Source of the DNA: Thermodesulfobacteriota bacterium
Lineage (GTDB): Bacteria > Desulfobacterota > Binatia > Bin18
Assembly: GCA_964291405.2 (NCBI GenBank)
Contig: OZ219926.1
Coordinates: 4,096,001 to 4,160,000, forward strand
DNA: 64,000 bases
Direction: 5' to 3'
Under the pieces are notes generated by a model. The model saw nothing but the letters and a program-made list of their open reading frames with translations, did not search any database and was not told the DNA's origin. Made by a program: the position numbers and the translations under genes. The stretch's first letter is position 1, and every line of letters begins with the position of its first letter. Positions 1 through 9,976 of the stretch are shown here, piece after piece.

Positions 1-152
1 ACAAGGAAACGATCACGTACTGCGCGGTTGGCATCCGCTCGGCCCATACCTGGTTTGTGCTGACGCAACTGCTCGGCTATCCGGACGTCCGCAGTTTTGA
101 TGCCTCGTGGAATCTGTGGGGTCGGCTGCCGGATACGCCGGTTGAGGCATAA
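1..152 (+). CDS. Sulfurtransferase (rhodanese family), C-terminal fragment
   Basis: Frame 3 reads KETITYCAVGIRSAHTWFVLTQLLGYPDVRSFDASWNLWGRLPDTPVEA*, with a rhodanese active-site YC loop and a (Y/F)DGSW-like C-terminal signature. Truncated by the window start. Confidence 0.8.
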   Translation, partial: KETITYCAVGIRSAHTWFVLTQLLGYPDVRSFDASWNLWGRLPDTPVEA

Positions 153-155
153 CAG

Positions 156-1868
156 CTAAAACTGGTACGTCATCCGCACAACGGTCTCGTCCCGTTTGCG
201 ATACAGCCCGCCCAAACCCCAGCTCTCGTCCACTTGGCCGCCAAAGCCGGGCACGAAGAAATAATTCTGGGCGAGCCGGAAGATCAGCCGGGGCGTGATG
301 TAGTAATCTACTACCCAGCCGAGCTGGGAACTGTAGTGGTTGATCGGGTCAATAACAAAGAAGGCCACCGGCAGGAGCTTGCCTCGCATATAGGTGGTAC
401 TGGCGGCAATCGTGCCGACGGCTTCCCAGTTGCGGACTTTATCCGTGGCTGAAATCTGCCCCTGAAAACGGGACGTGCTGGTCGGAATATACTGCCAGAA
501 GACCTGCGAGGTTAGAAAAAACGTGGAGCGGCGGTTGAGGGTGCGAATCCAGGTCGGTCGGTCAAAGCCGATAAACGCCTGCCAGACATCGCTCTTCTTG
601 ATCCCGAGGAAGCCGCTCTCTATAGGGTTCTCGCCCTCATCCAGAATCATAATGGGCTTGCGTTTATCGGCGAAGGGCTTGCCGAACTCATAAATCGTTT
701 CCATGCGCCACACGCCCTCGGTATAGTCATCGTCCGCATAACTGGCGGAGACGCCGACCGCGTGAGTGTAGGGATAGTAGGCTTCAGCCGGCAGAATACC
801 GCGCCCGAGCAGGGCGGCATTGCTGCGCGCCACATCCGCTATGGTTTCACATCCGACCGTGCCGAGCCGGCACTGGTTGAGGCCGCGCAGAGCGGAGGTG
901 TTGACGCCGTCATCGTGGGCCGTGCGTTGATACAGATAGTTCAGCGTTACGGTCACGCCCTGCGGTGTGGTCGCGCCCAGGCGGAAACCGACCTGGCTGT
1001 TCTCGTCTATGCTTTTGCTATAGTTACCCTGCCGACCCAGGACCGTGCGGTTGAGGAGCTTGAAATTTCCTCCGGTCGGACTCCCTCCAAACGGATTCGC
1101 ACTTGGCGAACTCCAGGGCCGTCCCGGAGAGAAGCCAAACTTGAGCGGCACCCACAGTCCCGGCACCCAATAGGACTCGGTATACACATCGCTCAAATCC
1201 CCAATCCGCCCAAAACGATAGGTGGCGCGTATCATCCAGTACGGAATACGCAGATCGTCCCAGGTCTCCTGGCCGACTCCGCCCCCGTGCCAGGTGGTAT
1301 CCAGCGCATTGGTACGGTCGAGCATACGCAGATTGTCAGACTCTCCCCACACCACCATCTGGCGGCCAAGCCGCAAGGACAGGGGAATCTTGGCAAACTC
1401 GATGTCGGTGAAGACTTCGCGAAACGTACTCTCAAAGCGCAGGGCGTGGGCCGCTTTGTGAGAGAGGTCGGACAGTTTTCCGTCCCGACCGGCCCGACCG
1501 CGATAGGGAAACACGTCCTGGCGCGGACCGGGTTGAAAATCGTACACGCTGTCATACACGCCCCGGTACAGGCCGACAAAGTGGGCGTAGTCTATGCCCG
1601 GCAGGGAGAAGCGGCTGAAAGCCTGGCCGTTTTTGATCCAGTCATATTCCACGCGCGCGCGTATGACGTTGCGCTGCTGAATGATCGACCATTTGTCCGG
1701 TTCCGGATGACGAAAGATCTGCTGCGTTTGCAGATTGCCGGACAGGGAAAGATCACCATAGGTGAAGTCTGCGTGGGCGAAGGAAAAGGGAAGGGCGAGG
1801 GTCAGCACGCCCAGCGCAAGGAAAATACAGCCAGACCGTAAGAGAGCCTTGTAATGAAATATGTTCAT
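156..1868 (-). CDS. DUF1302 family outer-membrane beta-barrel protein
   Basis: Signal peptide ending AHA, LRLGRQMVVWGESD motif, C-terminal YQF; paired with DUF1329. Start moved to ATG 1868. Confidence 0.8.
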   Translation of the reverse strand: MNIFHYKALLRSGCIFLALGVLTLALPFSFAHADFTYGDLSLSGNLQTQQIFRHPEPDKWSIIQQRNVIRARVEYDWIKNGQAFSRFSLPGIDYAHFVGLYRGVYDSVYDFQPGPRQDVFPYRGRAGRDGKLSDLSHKAAHALRFESTFREVFTDIEFAKIPLSLRLGRQMVVWGESDNLRMLDRTNALDTTWHGGGVGQETWDDLRIPYWMIRATYRFGRIGDLSDVYTESYWVPGLWVPLKFGFSPGRPWSSPSANPFGGSPTGGNFKLLNRTVLGRQGNYSKSIDENSQVGFRLGATTPQGVTVTLNYLYQRTAHDDGVNTSALRGLNQCRLGTVGCETIADVARSNAALLGRGILPAEAYYPYTHAVGVSASYADDDYTEGVWRMETIYEFGKPFADKRKPIMILDEGENPIESGFLGIKKSDVWQAFIGFDRPTWIRTLNRRSTFFLTSQVFWQYIPTSTSRFQGQISATDKVRNWEAVGTIAASTTYMRGKLLPVAFFVIDPINHYSSQLGWVVDYYITPRLIFRLAQNYFFVPGFGGQVDESWGLGGLYRKRDETVVRMTYQF

Positions 1869-1939
1869 AACGAAACGGGATTGAGTGGGAAAGCAGGAGG
1901 CCGAGCGGAGCGTACTCAGCGGCCTCTTCACTGGAACCG

Positions 1940-3187
1940 CTAGCGCCCTCTGGCGACAATCTTGTTGAGATTGAAAAAGTCGGCAGGTATGGGCTCATTG
2001 TAGATGATTTTGGTCACTTCAGTGACAGACCCAAACTCGTTCTGATAGTCAATCATGGTCTCACCGGTCCACACCGGCACGCGCACATGTTCGTTGCCGG
2101 GATTGAATTTCGGGTTTCCGTACAACTCGAACATGGTCTTGATATGCGTCCCGGCGTGGTCATACATGAGCGCATAAACGGGCACAAACATCTGGCGGTC
2201 GAGATACAGAACGCGTTTGCCATACGGATGATCGTCGGCCTTGGGCATACCTTCGAGGACCACCATCTCGCGTAACTCCCAGGGATCGACCGGATACCAG
2301 CCGCCGCGCCCGCCAAAGGTCGTTTTTACCGCCTGGACACCGACCGGCGCGAGGAGGGTCTGTATGCCGACCAACTTCCACGTATAGCTGCGGATATAAC
2401 CGGAGAAGCCAAAGTAGTCGTCGTTCAGCATACCCGAGTCGAGCGCAGCATCTTCGTGTTTCACAATGATCTTGCGAATCTTGCGTCCGGCCGGGGAATA
2501 GACCCAGTCGTCATCCTTGGCCTGGTCACGGACATGACGATGCTTCAGACTAATCGTATTTTTTAGATCAAACGGCGCCGTGATGTGGTAATACTCCTTG
2601 TACAGCAAACCCTCTTCCTGCCAGATGTTGGGGTCGGGACCATCCGTTGGCGGTCGATGCATGCCGAAGGCCACGACATAATAGTTTTCGATCTCCCGGT
2701 TGACGGACCCGGACTCTTCGATGAGGCGAAACGTATTCCAAACCTGCATGATATTGCCAAAGTCGCGGTGGCGATAATTCCACGCCGCTTTGAGCCCGGC
2801 TTGTTCATCGGCCGGGTCGAGAATGGGGAAGGGCATGCCGGCCACATAGCCACCGAGTTCGCCGTCGGCGCCAAGTTGCACGTGTTCGGCGTGGTTCTGC
2901 GTGGCCGTGATATAGGCTTCGCTCACCGGCAGGTCGGTCGTTTCCCGGACTTCAAACGCCAGTTCGCCGGCTTTGATCCTGTTGAGGATTTCGACCGGCA
3001 GATAACCCTGGGCCGCCTGCCACGAATCTGGTCCAATCTTCGTTCCGGGAGACAGGCCCTCCACCGACGGCTTGCCGTTGGCATAGGGATGAAACATCGC
3101 CTGTATGGCCGTGGCAGACATCTCTGCCCAGGCAGGCGATGACCAGAGCAGGCCGCAGATACTAAAAACCCAGAGCAATTTTTGCAT
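1940..3187 (-). CDS. DUF1329 family (LolA-like) periplasmic protein
   Basis: Signal peptide MQKLLW...AWA; GMPFP, KAAWN, WELR and HPYGKRVLYLD motifs. Start ATG 3187 follows a GGGGA SD. Confidence 0.8.
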   Translation of the reverse strand: MQKLLWVFSICGLLWSSPAWAEMSATAIQAMFHPYANGKPSVEGLSPGTKIGPDSWQAAQGYLPVEILNRIKAGELAFEVRETTDLPVSEAYITATQNHAEHVQLGADGELGGYVAGMPFPILDPADEQAGLKAAWNYRHRDFGNIMQVWNTFRLIEESGSVNREIENYYVVAFGMHRPPTDGPDPNIWQEEGLLYKEYYHITAPFDLKNTISLKHRHVRDQAKDDDWVYSPAGRKIRKIIVKHEDAALDSGMLNDDYFGFSGYIRSYTWKLVGIQTLLAPVGVQAVKTTFGGRGGWYPVDPWELREMVVLEGMPKADDHPYGKRVLYLDRQMFVPVYALMYDHAGTHIKTMFELYGNPKFNPGNEHVRVPVWTGETMIDYQNEFGSVTEVTKIIYNEPIPADFFNLNKIVARGR

Positions 3188-3367
3188 AATTCCCCCTGTT
3201 GGCCGGCGGTCTCCCTGGCCCGTCAAACCGACCGAGACGCCAACCGATAACGCCGCCTTATACCAGTTCGTTCGATCTCCAGCAACGAAGCCAGCGCAGT
3301 GCTCCTTCTCCTTGTGTCCCAAACGTTTGCCTGCTAGGTGTCGGCTCAGTGCACTGAGGAGGGATCT

Positions 3368-4519
3368 ATGGCCGCTCCAGTCATTATTTCGAGTGATAGT
3401 CATATCGTCGAACCGCCCGATCTCTACACCAAGGGTATGCCCGCAAAGCTGCTGGACCAGGCGCCGGTGATGAAGCGCTATAAAACCGAGGATGGAAGAG
3501 ACGGGGACGCGTGGTTTCTTGGCGACACTCAGGTCGCCACCTTGGGAGGCGTGACCCAAGCGGGTCGGCGCTTTGATGACGGTTCGACCATCGATTTTGT
3601 CAGTATTTGGGAAGACGTGAGAGAAGGGGCGTATGAGCCGCGGGCGATGATTGCCGAGTTGGAGATGGATGGCATCTGGGGAGCTGTGCTGCAGCCGAGT
3701 CAGGGGTTATTCTGGTACCACCTGGAGGACAGCGACCTCCTGTCTGGTATTTGTTACGCCTATAACGACTGGATTGCCGATTTTTGTACCGCCTATCCTG
3801 AACGGTTGCGCGGTATTGGTATGATCAACGTCGATGATCCTGCACAGGCGAGTACCGAGCTCAAGCGCTGTGCTGAGCTCGGGTTAGCCGGAGTATTTAT
3901 TCCCGTTACCCCGCTGCCCGGACGTCCCTACCGCGATCCCCTGTACGAGCCCTTCTGGGCGGTTGCCCAAGAGACGGACATGCCGCTCTTAATGCACTTG
4001 GCGACGCAGCGGGCCAACGTGCCTGGCTGTGAGATCTCGATCAGTTTTTCGACCTTCACGCCAGCCGGACTCCGGCCAACTCAAGATTACTGGGTCCGCT
4101 ATGCGCTGACCGATATTATTTTTGCTGGGGTGTGCGAGCGCTATCCGCGTATCAAGATTGGCTCTGTCGAGCACGAAATCTCATGGGCTCCGCACTGGCT
4201 GCGGCAGATGGATTATACGTATACCGACCGGCCGGTGTACGCGAAATTCAAATCCAAAGAGGGGCTGTTGCCCAGTGACTACTGGCGCCGAAATATGTTT
4301 GCTGTATTTCAGGAAGATGAGGTCGGCGTTCTGCTGCGACACCGGATCGGCATGGACACTATGCTGTGGGGCAACGACTTCCCGCACTCGGAATCGACTT
4401 GGCCGAAATCGATGGAGTTCCTGGAGAAGATGTTTGCCGGGGTACCTGCGGCCGAACGCCGTCAATTGACGCGGGATAATGCTGTGAGGCTCTTTGGGTT
4501 CTCTCCTCCAGAGGCATAA
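3368..4519 (+). CDS. Amidohydrolase family protein (Amidohydro_2)
   Basis: ISSDSHIVEP N-terminus, AYNDW, WGNDFPHSES motif. Confidence 0.85.
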   Translation: MAAPVIISSDSHIVEPPDLYTKGMPAKLLDQAPVMKRYKTEDGRDGDAWFLGDTQVATLGGVTQAGRRFDDGSTIDFVSIWEDVREGAYEPRAMIAELEMDGIWGAVLQPSQGLFWYHLEDSDLLSGICYAYNDWIADFCTAYPERLRGIGMINVDDPAQASTELKRCAELGLAGVFIPVTPLPGRPYRDPLYEPFWAVAQETDMPLLMHLATQRANVPGCEISISFSTFTPAGLRPTQDYWVRYALTDIIFAGVCERYPRIKIGSVEHEISWAPHWLRQMDYTYTDRPVYAKFKSKEGLLPSDYWRRNMFAVFQEDEVGVLLRHRIGMDTMLWGNDFPHSESTWPKSMEFLEKMFAGVPAAERRQLTRDNAVRLFGFSPPEA

Positions 4520-4534
4520 CGTGGGCTACAGAAA

Positions 4535-4556
4535 GGGGCGGTAACGATACCGCCCC
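4535..4556. terminator. GC-rich hairpin after amidohydrolase
   Basis: GGGGCGGTA-acga-TACCGCCCC, perfect 9-bp stem 15 nt after the stop; weak U-tract. Confidence 0.5.
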
Positions 4557-4740
4557 AACTCACCTTTCTCAGCCGCTTATCTCTCGCGCGGTTCGCCATC
4601 ATATTTCTTTCGTTGACTATCATTGGCTCCTTGAGAGCATTGAACTGTACAAGATAACAAGGTAGGGTGTCTCAGTTGTGCAGACGAACCAAGATAAGGG
4701 TTTCCTTCCTCATAACGAGTGGTAGTGAAGGGGCAACAGC

Positions 4741-6744
4741 ATGCGTATGAAAAAAGGACTGCTGATTGCGTCGGAATTTCCGGCTGATTCCTTCTGGAGC
4801 TTTAAGTATGTGATGAAGTACATCCGACGCAAAGCTCCGTTCCCGCCAGTCGGGCTCCTGACCTTTGCGGCACTGATGCCGCAGGACGAATGGGAATTTG
4901 AACTGATTGATCTGAATGTCGAGCGCCTTTCGTCTCAAAAGCTCCGAAAAAAAATTCAGGACAGCGACGCCGTCTTTACCGGAGCGATGAATGTCCAACG
5001 TGACTCCCTCGTTGACCTCCTCAAAGGGCCGGCCCACGGAACGGACACACCCTGGGTTCTTGGCGGGCCCCTGGCCTCGACCTATCGCGACTCCATTATG
5101 AACCCGCGGAACGAAATGGATGAGGTTCTGCATCGGGGGTTCGACTACTTGGTCTGGGGAGAGGCGAGTCCGTGGATTGCCGACCTCAATCGTCGCCTGG
5201 AGGAAGCCCCCAAACATAGCGACGAGTCCCCCTTTCTCTTTATCCCCGAACAGGTTCTTAACGCCCCCGAGGCCTCTCGCAAGTATCTCCAAGATCGTTC
5301 AATTTTCGAGCCGTTTGACGGCTTGGCCAGTCCGCGCTGGGATTTGATTGATGTTGGTGACTATCGCGCCTTGATGTTGCAAACAACCGCTGGCTGCCGC
5401 TTTCGGTGTAATTTCTGTGACATCATTCAGTTCAACGGTGGATTCCCCCGGGCAAAGGGCGGCATCGATGTCACGCGAGAGTTGCAGGCCATCTATGACA
5501 CCGGCTTTCGTGGTGGGGTGTTTACGGTTGACGATAATTTCGTGTCCGAACCCAAGGCCATGGAAGAGATTCTGAACGCGATGACGGAATTCCAACGTCA
5601 ACACGACTATCCCTTTGGATTTTTTACTCAGGCGAGTATTGACCTGGGCAAAGAATCGCTGTCCTATCTGGTACCCCTGATGCAGCAGGCCGGGTTTGCC
5701 ACTGTCTTCTTGGGTATCGAGAATCCCGACCCCGCGGCCCTGCGGCAGATGAATAAGATTCAGAATATCAAGACTGCCCCAAAAGATACGATTGGGTTGC
5801 TACAGAAACATGGCATTGAGGTCCAGGCCGGTTTCATCTTTGGGGCCGATACCGATACCCCACAGACGGCCGACAATATTGTTGACTTTGCCGAAAAGAA
5901 CGGGGTTTTCTCGGCCATGACCGGCACCTTGACCCCGTTGCCGCATACGCCGCTATACGTCGAGCTTAAAGAGCAGGGCCGCCTGCTCGAAGCAGAGTTG
6001 GCGTGTAATAATGTTGACGACACGGTCCAGTTCAAACCCGTGATGGGCCTCGACAATCTACAGAATGGCTTTCTGCATATCCTGGAGTCCCTGTTCAGCC
6101 CACAGGCCATGTATGGACGGGCGGAGCGCCTGATTGGTCGCCTCGATACCCATATTTTTACAAACAGTCATCTTGATATGAGCCACGTCTCGGCGGCCAT
6201 TCGTTCGTTTACCAAGCAGGGCCTGGGCGGATTGTGGGCGAAGGAACAGCGGGGCTACCTCCATCTGCTCAAACGCGCCGTCCAGCTTGATAGACAATTC
6301 CTGCGAGATATCCGCACCGAATCCCGGAATCTGGGTTCCTATTGGGACAAGGTGGGGGCTGCGGCCAAGAATCATGTCGAGTTGGACGGACAAGACGCGA
6401 AGCGGTTTGCCGAGATGCTGTCCTATGCCCAGGATGCGTTGGTGCGCTGCCGGCCCGACATGGGTCTGACGGAAATCCAGGATTTTGTCCAACGCGTGCG
6501 AGAAGAGGTTGCTCAGGGTGTCCTGCCACGTACAGAAGCCCAATCGGTCTATGAAGCCGCCCGCGAATATTTGCTTGCGAAACGTGCCCTGTTTCAGTTT
6601 CCAGGGTCGCATCTTGTGAAGGCAATTGAATTGTCCATTGTCGGCATTCACTATGGAACGGTGGTGGATCACGTCCTCACCAAAATGCGAGCGGGTCGTG
6701 AGGTGACGCTTTCCACCGAGCCCATGAGCGCGAGGCCGGTATAG
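4741..6744 (+). CDS. B12-binding radical SAM protein (DUF4070 / HpnP-like class B methyltransferase family)
   Basis: FWSF...PPVGLLT cobalamin-binding N-terminus, CRFRCNFC motif, FTVDDNF, FFTQAS, GFIFGADTD. Confidence 0.8.
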   Translation: MRMKKGLLIASEFPADSFWSFKYVMKYIRRKAPFPPVGLLTFAALMPQDEWEFELIDLNVERLSSQKLRKKIQDSDAVFTGAMNVQRDSLVDLLKGPAHGTDTPWVLGGPLASTYRDSIMNPRNEMDEVLHRGFDYLVWGEASPWIADLNRRLEEAPKHSDESPFLFIPEQVLNAPEASRKYLQDRSIFEPFDGLASPRWDLIDVGDYRALMLQTTAGCRFRCNFCDIIQFNGGFPRAKGGIDVTRELQAIYDTGFRGGVFTVDDNFVSEPKAMEEILNAMTEFQRQHDYPFGFFTQASIDLGKESLSYLVPLMQQAGFATVFLGIENPDPAALRQMNKIQNIKTAPKDTIGLLQKHGIEVQAGFIFGADTDTPQTADNIVDFAEKNGVFSAMTGTLTPLPHTPLYVELKEQGRLLEAELACNNVDDTVQFKPVMGLDNLQNGFLHILESLFSPQAMYGRAERLIGRLDTHIFTNSHLDMSHVSAAIRSFTKQGLGGLWAKEQRGYLHLLKRAVQLDRQFLRDIRTESRNLGSYWDKVGAAAKNHVELDGQDAKRFAEMLSYAQDALVRCRPDMGLTEIQDFVQRVREEVAQGVLPRTEAQSVYEAAREYLLAKRALFQFPGSHLVKAIELSIVGIHYGTVVDHVLTKMRAGREVTLSTEPMSARPV

Positions 6745-6776
6745 GCGACTCTCCCGCCTGGGGACTATCGTTTACC

Positions 6777-7751
6777 TTGCCGCGTGCGGATCTGCCCGTT
6801 CCCCTTATGCCTCGTCCTGTTGCAGCCCACGCCTGCTCTCTCCCGTTTGCGGAAGCCGAGTATACGCGGACCTTTGAGGCCGAGATTGACAATCTGGTCA
6901 ACTCGGAAATGCGAGTCCGGGGAACGCTTGCCGACCATCGTTGTACCCTGACCGCCGAGTGGATTGTGTGTCTCCCGACCTATGAAATCCGCCAGGCTTC
7001 CGCGACGCATCTCTCCGGTGCCCCCAATGTGCTCTCGCCGGCGTTGATCACGCGTCTTCCCACCATTCAGGGCGCAACAATTGGTCAGGGCTTTAGCCGG
7101 ATCATGGGAGCGACTCTGGGCAATCTGCCGGGTCACAAAGAGCACCGGACGTTAGCAACGGAAATGGCGCGCGTTAGCCTTCAGGCATTCCCGGTTCCCA
7201 AAGACGATCATGAACGGTTTGCGTCGTTTGTGACGGACATGCCGCCCGGACCGAGTCGGCTGGCGCGTATGCTCTGGGAACGGGACCGCGCCGATTTCAG
7301 CATGCTGAAGAACTCGTGTTTTACGTATCGTGATCAGTCGGCCCGACTGTTTGAAGAACGGACGGTTGAGCCTTTCGATCCTGATATGACTGTCCCTGAA
7401 CCGGGGGAGGCACGCTTCTTTTGGCGTACGAAGCGCTTACAGATTACCCCACGCCCTGACCGGGCGGGTTTTCACTGTCAGCATGCACTGGATGATCGCT
7501 TTCAGCAGATGCAGATCGATTTTGATATCGACGTTGAAGGGACGATCACCAACGCTACCAGTCGGCCCGGACGGCTACCCTTCCGCGGGCTATGCGAAGA
7601 GCCTCACTCCCGAACGGGAGGGCTCAACGGCCTCAAGCTCGGAAAAAATTTCACGCCTCCGGTCGTCGATCAGATCGGTGGCTCAACCGGCTGTCGCCAT
7701 TTGTTTGATTTGGCGACGGACTGCCTGCGTCTCTTTACCTGGCGAGAATAG
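6777..7751 (+). CDS. DUF2889 domain protein
   Basis: C-terminal PFRGLC...GGSTGCRHLFDL motif; the N-terminal half looks like a degenerate second copy. Start uncertain (6777 or 6807). Confidence 0.6.
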   Translation: MPRADLPVPLMPRPVAAHACSLPFAEAEYTRTFEAEIDNLVNSEMRVRGTLADHRCTLTAEWIVCLPTYEIRQASATHLSGAPNVLSPALITRLPTIQGATIGQGFSRIMGATLGNLPGHKEHRTLATEMARVSLQAFPVPKDDHERFASFVTDMPPGPSRLARMLWERDRADFSMLKNSCFTYRDQSARLFEERTVEPFDPDMTVPEPGEARFFWRTKRLQITPRPDRAGFHCQHALDDRFQQMQIDFDIDVEGTITNATSRPGRLPFRGLCEEPHSRTGGLNGLKLGKNFTPPVVDQIGGSTGCRHLFDLATDCLRLFTWRE

Positions 7752-7771
7752 CCGGGTCCCTCCACGCCGTT

Positions 7772-8632
7772 TTATGGGAGTACGTCTGCCTGCACGACCC
7801 AGGTTGCGCTCGACAGGTAGACGCTGTCTCCGTCCGCATACGGGAGCAGAGCTGCCCGAATAGACTCGGCAACGCGGCTGCGTGTCTCGGCATCGGATTC
7901 ACGCAACAGGGATGCAACCGGCCCGATGGCGAGAAGGAAGGCGACCGCTCCGTCTACGCCCGTTGCACCGCCGACGCTGATATTCGTTTCATGGGACTGG
8001 CAGCGCACATTGCGAAATCCGGCCGAGTCGAGAATAGCGCGTACGCGGTCAGGGTCGGCCAAGGAAAAGGGACCGGGGGTGCCGGGCTCGGGACGAGGCG
8101 GAAGCGGTACATGTTGAGCCGCGGCTTGAAGCGGAACCCGAACCCAATCGTTCTTCTGCAACTCCTGCCAGCACAGGAAACACAGTCGCCCTCCAGGGCG
8201 GAGTGCAGTCCGTAGATTACCGAAAGCCTGGGCAGCGTCCTCGAAAAACATGACGCCGAAACGAGAAAAGAGCAGATCAACGCTCTCCGGCTCAAAGCGG
8301 TGCGTCTGGGCATCGGCATGCAGGAAGCTCAAGTTCCTAAGCTGTTGTTCCTGTTGACGCTCACGGGCGCGACCCAGCATGGGGCGGGAGACATCAATCC
8401 CCGTCACCGAGCCGTGAGGACCAACCCGGTCTGCCAGAGCGAGCGCGGTGTGTCCGCATCCGCAGCCAACGTCGAGCACGGACTCTTCCGGTTGCGCGGC
8501 CGCTTGCTCCAAGGCGACGAGTCCCAACGGACCGATCTGGGCATCGAGCCGCTCCTGGAGTTTGACCCATTGCGGCCCGCCCCGTTCATTCCAATACTCA
8601 ATCTGCTCTGCGTTGGTCTGTCCGTTTGCCAT
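7772..8632 (-). CDS. Class I SAM-dependent methyltransferase
   Basis: VLDVGCGCG motif I, SRFGVMFF, LRPGGRL, PGPFSLAD. Confidence 0.9.
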   Translation of the reverse strand: MANGQTNAEQIEYWNERGGPQWVKLQERLDAQIGPLGLVALEQAAAQPEESVLDVGCGCGHTALALADRVGPHGSVTGIDVSRPMLGRARERQQEQQLRNLSFLHADAQTHRFEPESVDLLFSRFGVMFFEDAAQAFGNLRTALRPGGRLCFLCWQELQKNDWVRVPLQAAAQHVPLPPRPEPGTPGPFSLADPDRVRAILDSAGFRNVRCQSHETNISVGGATGVDGAVAFLLAIGPVASLLRESDAETRSRVAESIRAALLPYADGDSVYLSSATWVVQADVLP

Positions 8633-8733
8633 ATACTGCTCCAACCGATACCGGGGTGTCTCCTCTAGGGCTGGCGTTCTCGTGTATCAGTCCGAAGGGC
8701 TGCTGGCCAGTGAGAGCCCGGCGTGGTAGTGTA

Positions 8734-9612
8734 TCAGTTTGAATTTCTTTTTTTGTACGGGCCACGCGGACCAGGCTTCGGGGCTCGTGCATCCATCAGC
8801 CCTACGACCCACTCCATGTCGTGTAGCGTATTGTCGATCCCGGCTGCCATTGCTGGGGACATTTGCAGGGTTTTGTGAATTCGGCAGAAGTTGTAGTGCA
8901 GGAAATACAGCGCGATCATATAAAAATGGTGCTCGATCTTTTTTGAAAAAGCATTGGTGAGCCGTGTGAACCGACGCATACTCATTCGCATAGTCAAATT
9001 CTGGCGCTCTACATAGCTGGTTGAAATGTGGTCAGGATCAGGGTTGCCCGAGACTGGCGACGGACGAGCCCCAATACACTCAGCAGGGCTGTAGCGTCGC
9101 TCTGCTTCGGGCGGCACGCCGTACAGCTTCATCAGTTGCGCGTAATCAACCTCACACCCGAACGCATCTTCTACAGCATCCAGATAGGCCCTGTGGCCGT
9201 CCGTTGTGAGTTGAACCCGACGGGCGAGACGCCCGGCCACATCCTGCATGAACTCGTAGGCATAGCCACCATCTCGGCCCCCAAGCAGATATGACACAAT
9301 CAATTTGCTGTCTGCATCTATTGCTGTCCAAGTCCATACGTCGCCAGCTTCATCCGGGGCTGCCTTCGCTTTCGGCACGTTCTTCTCTTTGGCATAGACA
9401 TAGGACCAGATTTCGTCACACTGTACTCGCTGAGACTGCACATTGCGGACATGCTTGTTATGGTACTCAGCGGCTGCCTGCCCAGCTTGAATCAGAAGTT
9501 TTTTGACAGTGTTGATCGAGACATCAGCTACGCGGCTAACTGCCCGCATCGACATCCCCTCAACCAGCATATTGAGAATTTGTACCCGCTTGTGAATTGG
9601 GAGCTTGTTCAT
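8734..9612 (-). CDS. IS1-family DDE transposase (single ORF, N-terminal HTH)
   Basis: EGMSMRAVSR HTH, QCDEIWSYV, LTTDG, STSYVERQNLTMRMSMRRFTRLTNAFSKK; the stop codon lies inside the left IR. Confidence 0.9.
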   Translation of the reverse strand: MNKLPIHKRVQILNMLVEGMSMRAVSRVADVSINTVKKLLIQAGQAAAEYHNKHVRNVQSQRVQCDEIWSYVYAKEKNVPKAKAAPDEAGDVWTWTAIDADSKLIVSYLLGGRDGGYAYEFMQDVAGRLARRVQLTTDGHRAYLDAVEDAFGCEVDYAQLMKLYGVPPEAERRYSPAECIGARPSPVSGNPDPDHISTSYVERQNLTMRMSMRRFTRLTNAFSKKIEHHFYMIALYFLHYNFCRIHKTLQMSPAMAAGIDNTLHDMEWVVGLMDARAPKPGPRGPYKKRNSN

Positions 9613-9619
9613 GCTCCTA

Positions 9620-9648
9620 ATTGTATGAAATTTTATGCTTACTGTCAA
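9620..9648 (-). promoter_or_regulatory. Sigma70-type promoter of the transposase
   Basis: TTGACA (9648-9643), 17-nt spacer, TACAAT (9625-9620); ATG 7 nt downstream. Confidence 0.7.
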
Positions 9649-9712
9649 GTAAAAAGTTCATATAATTATATGTCTAGCGTCAATATTTATGAAAGACTCT
9701 TTTCCCTATAGA

Positions 9713-9756
9713 TAAGAAGAAGCCGCCCCAAGATTCTTCCTGGGGCGGCTTCCTTT
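9713..9756. terminator. Intrinsic terminator between IS cargo and transposase
   Basis: GAAGCCGCCCCA...TGGGGCGGCTTC 12-bp stem flanked by A-rich and T-rich tracts. Confidence 0.7.
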
Positions 9757-9790
9757 GCTGAGGTGAGAGGAAAGAGAAATTGTCGAGAAA

Positions 9791-9976
9791 TCAATAACCT
9801 TCCGGTTCTTTACGCATTGCCGGAGCCTCTACATTACCGTCATTCTCGTGTATGTCTATGTTAGTCGGCGTGAATCCCGTCAGATTCTCCGTCAGGACGA
9901 TCTGGCGTTCCAACTGATGCTGGAGGATTTTTTCCATCTCCTCCCGCGCTTCCTGTTCGGTCGGTCGCTTTGTCAT
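9791..9976 (-). CDS. Small acidic hypothetical protein (61 aa) overlapping the protease 3' end
   Basis: ATG with AAGGAG SD at 7 nt spacing; ends just before the terminator. Confidence 0.45.
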   Translation of the reverse strand: MTKRPTEQEAREEMEKILQHQLERQIVLTENLTGFTPTNIDIHENDGNVEAPAMRKEPEGY

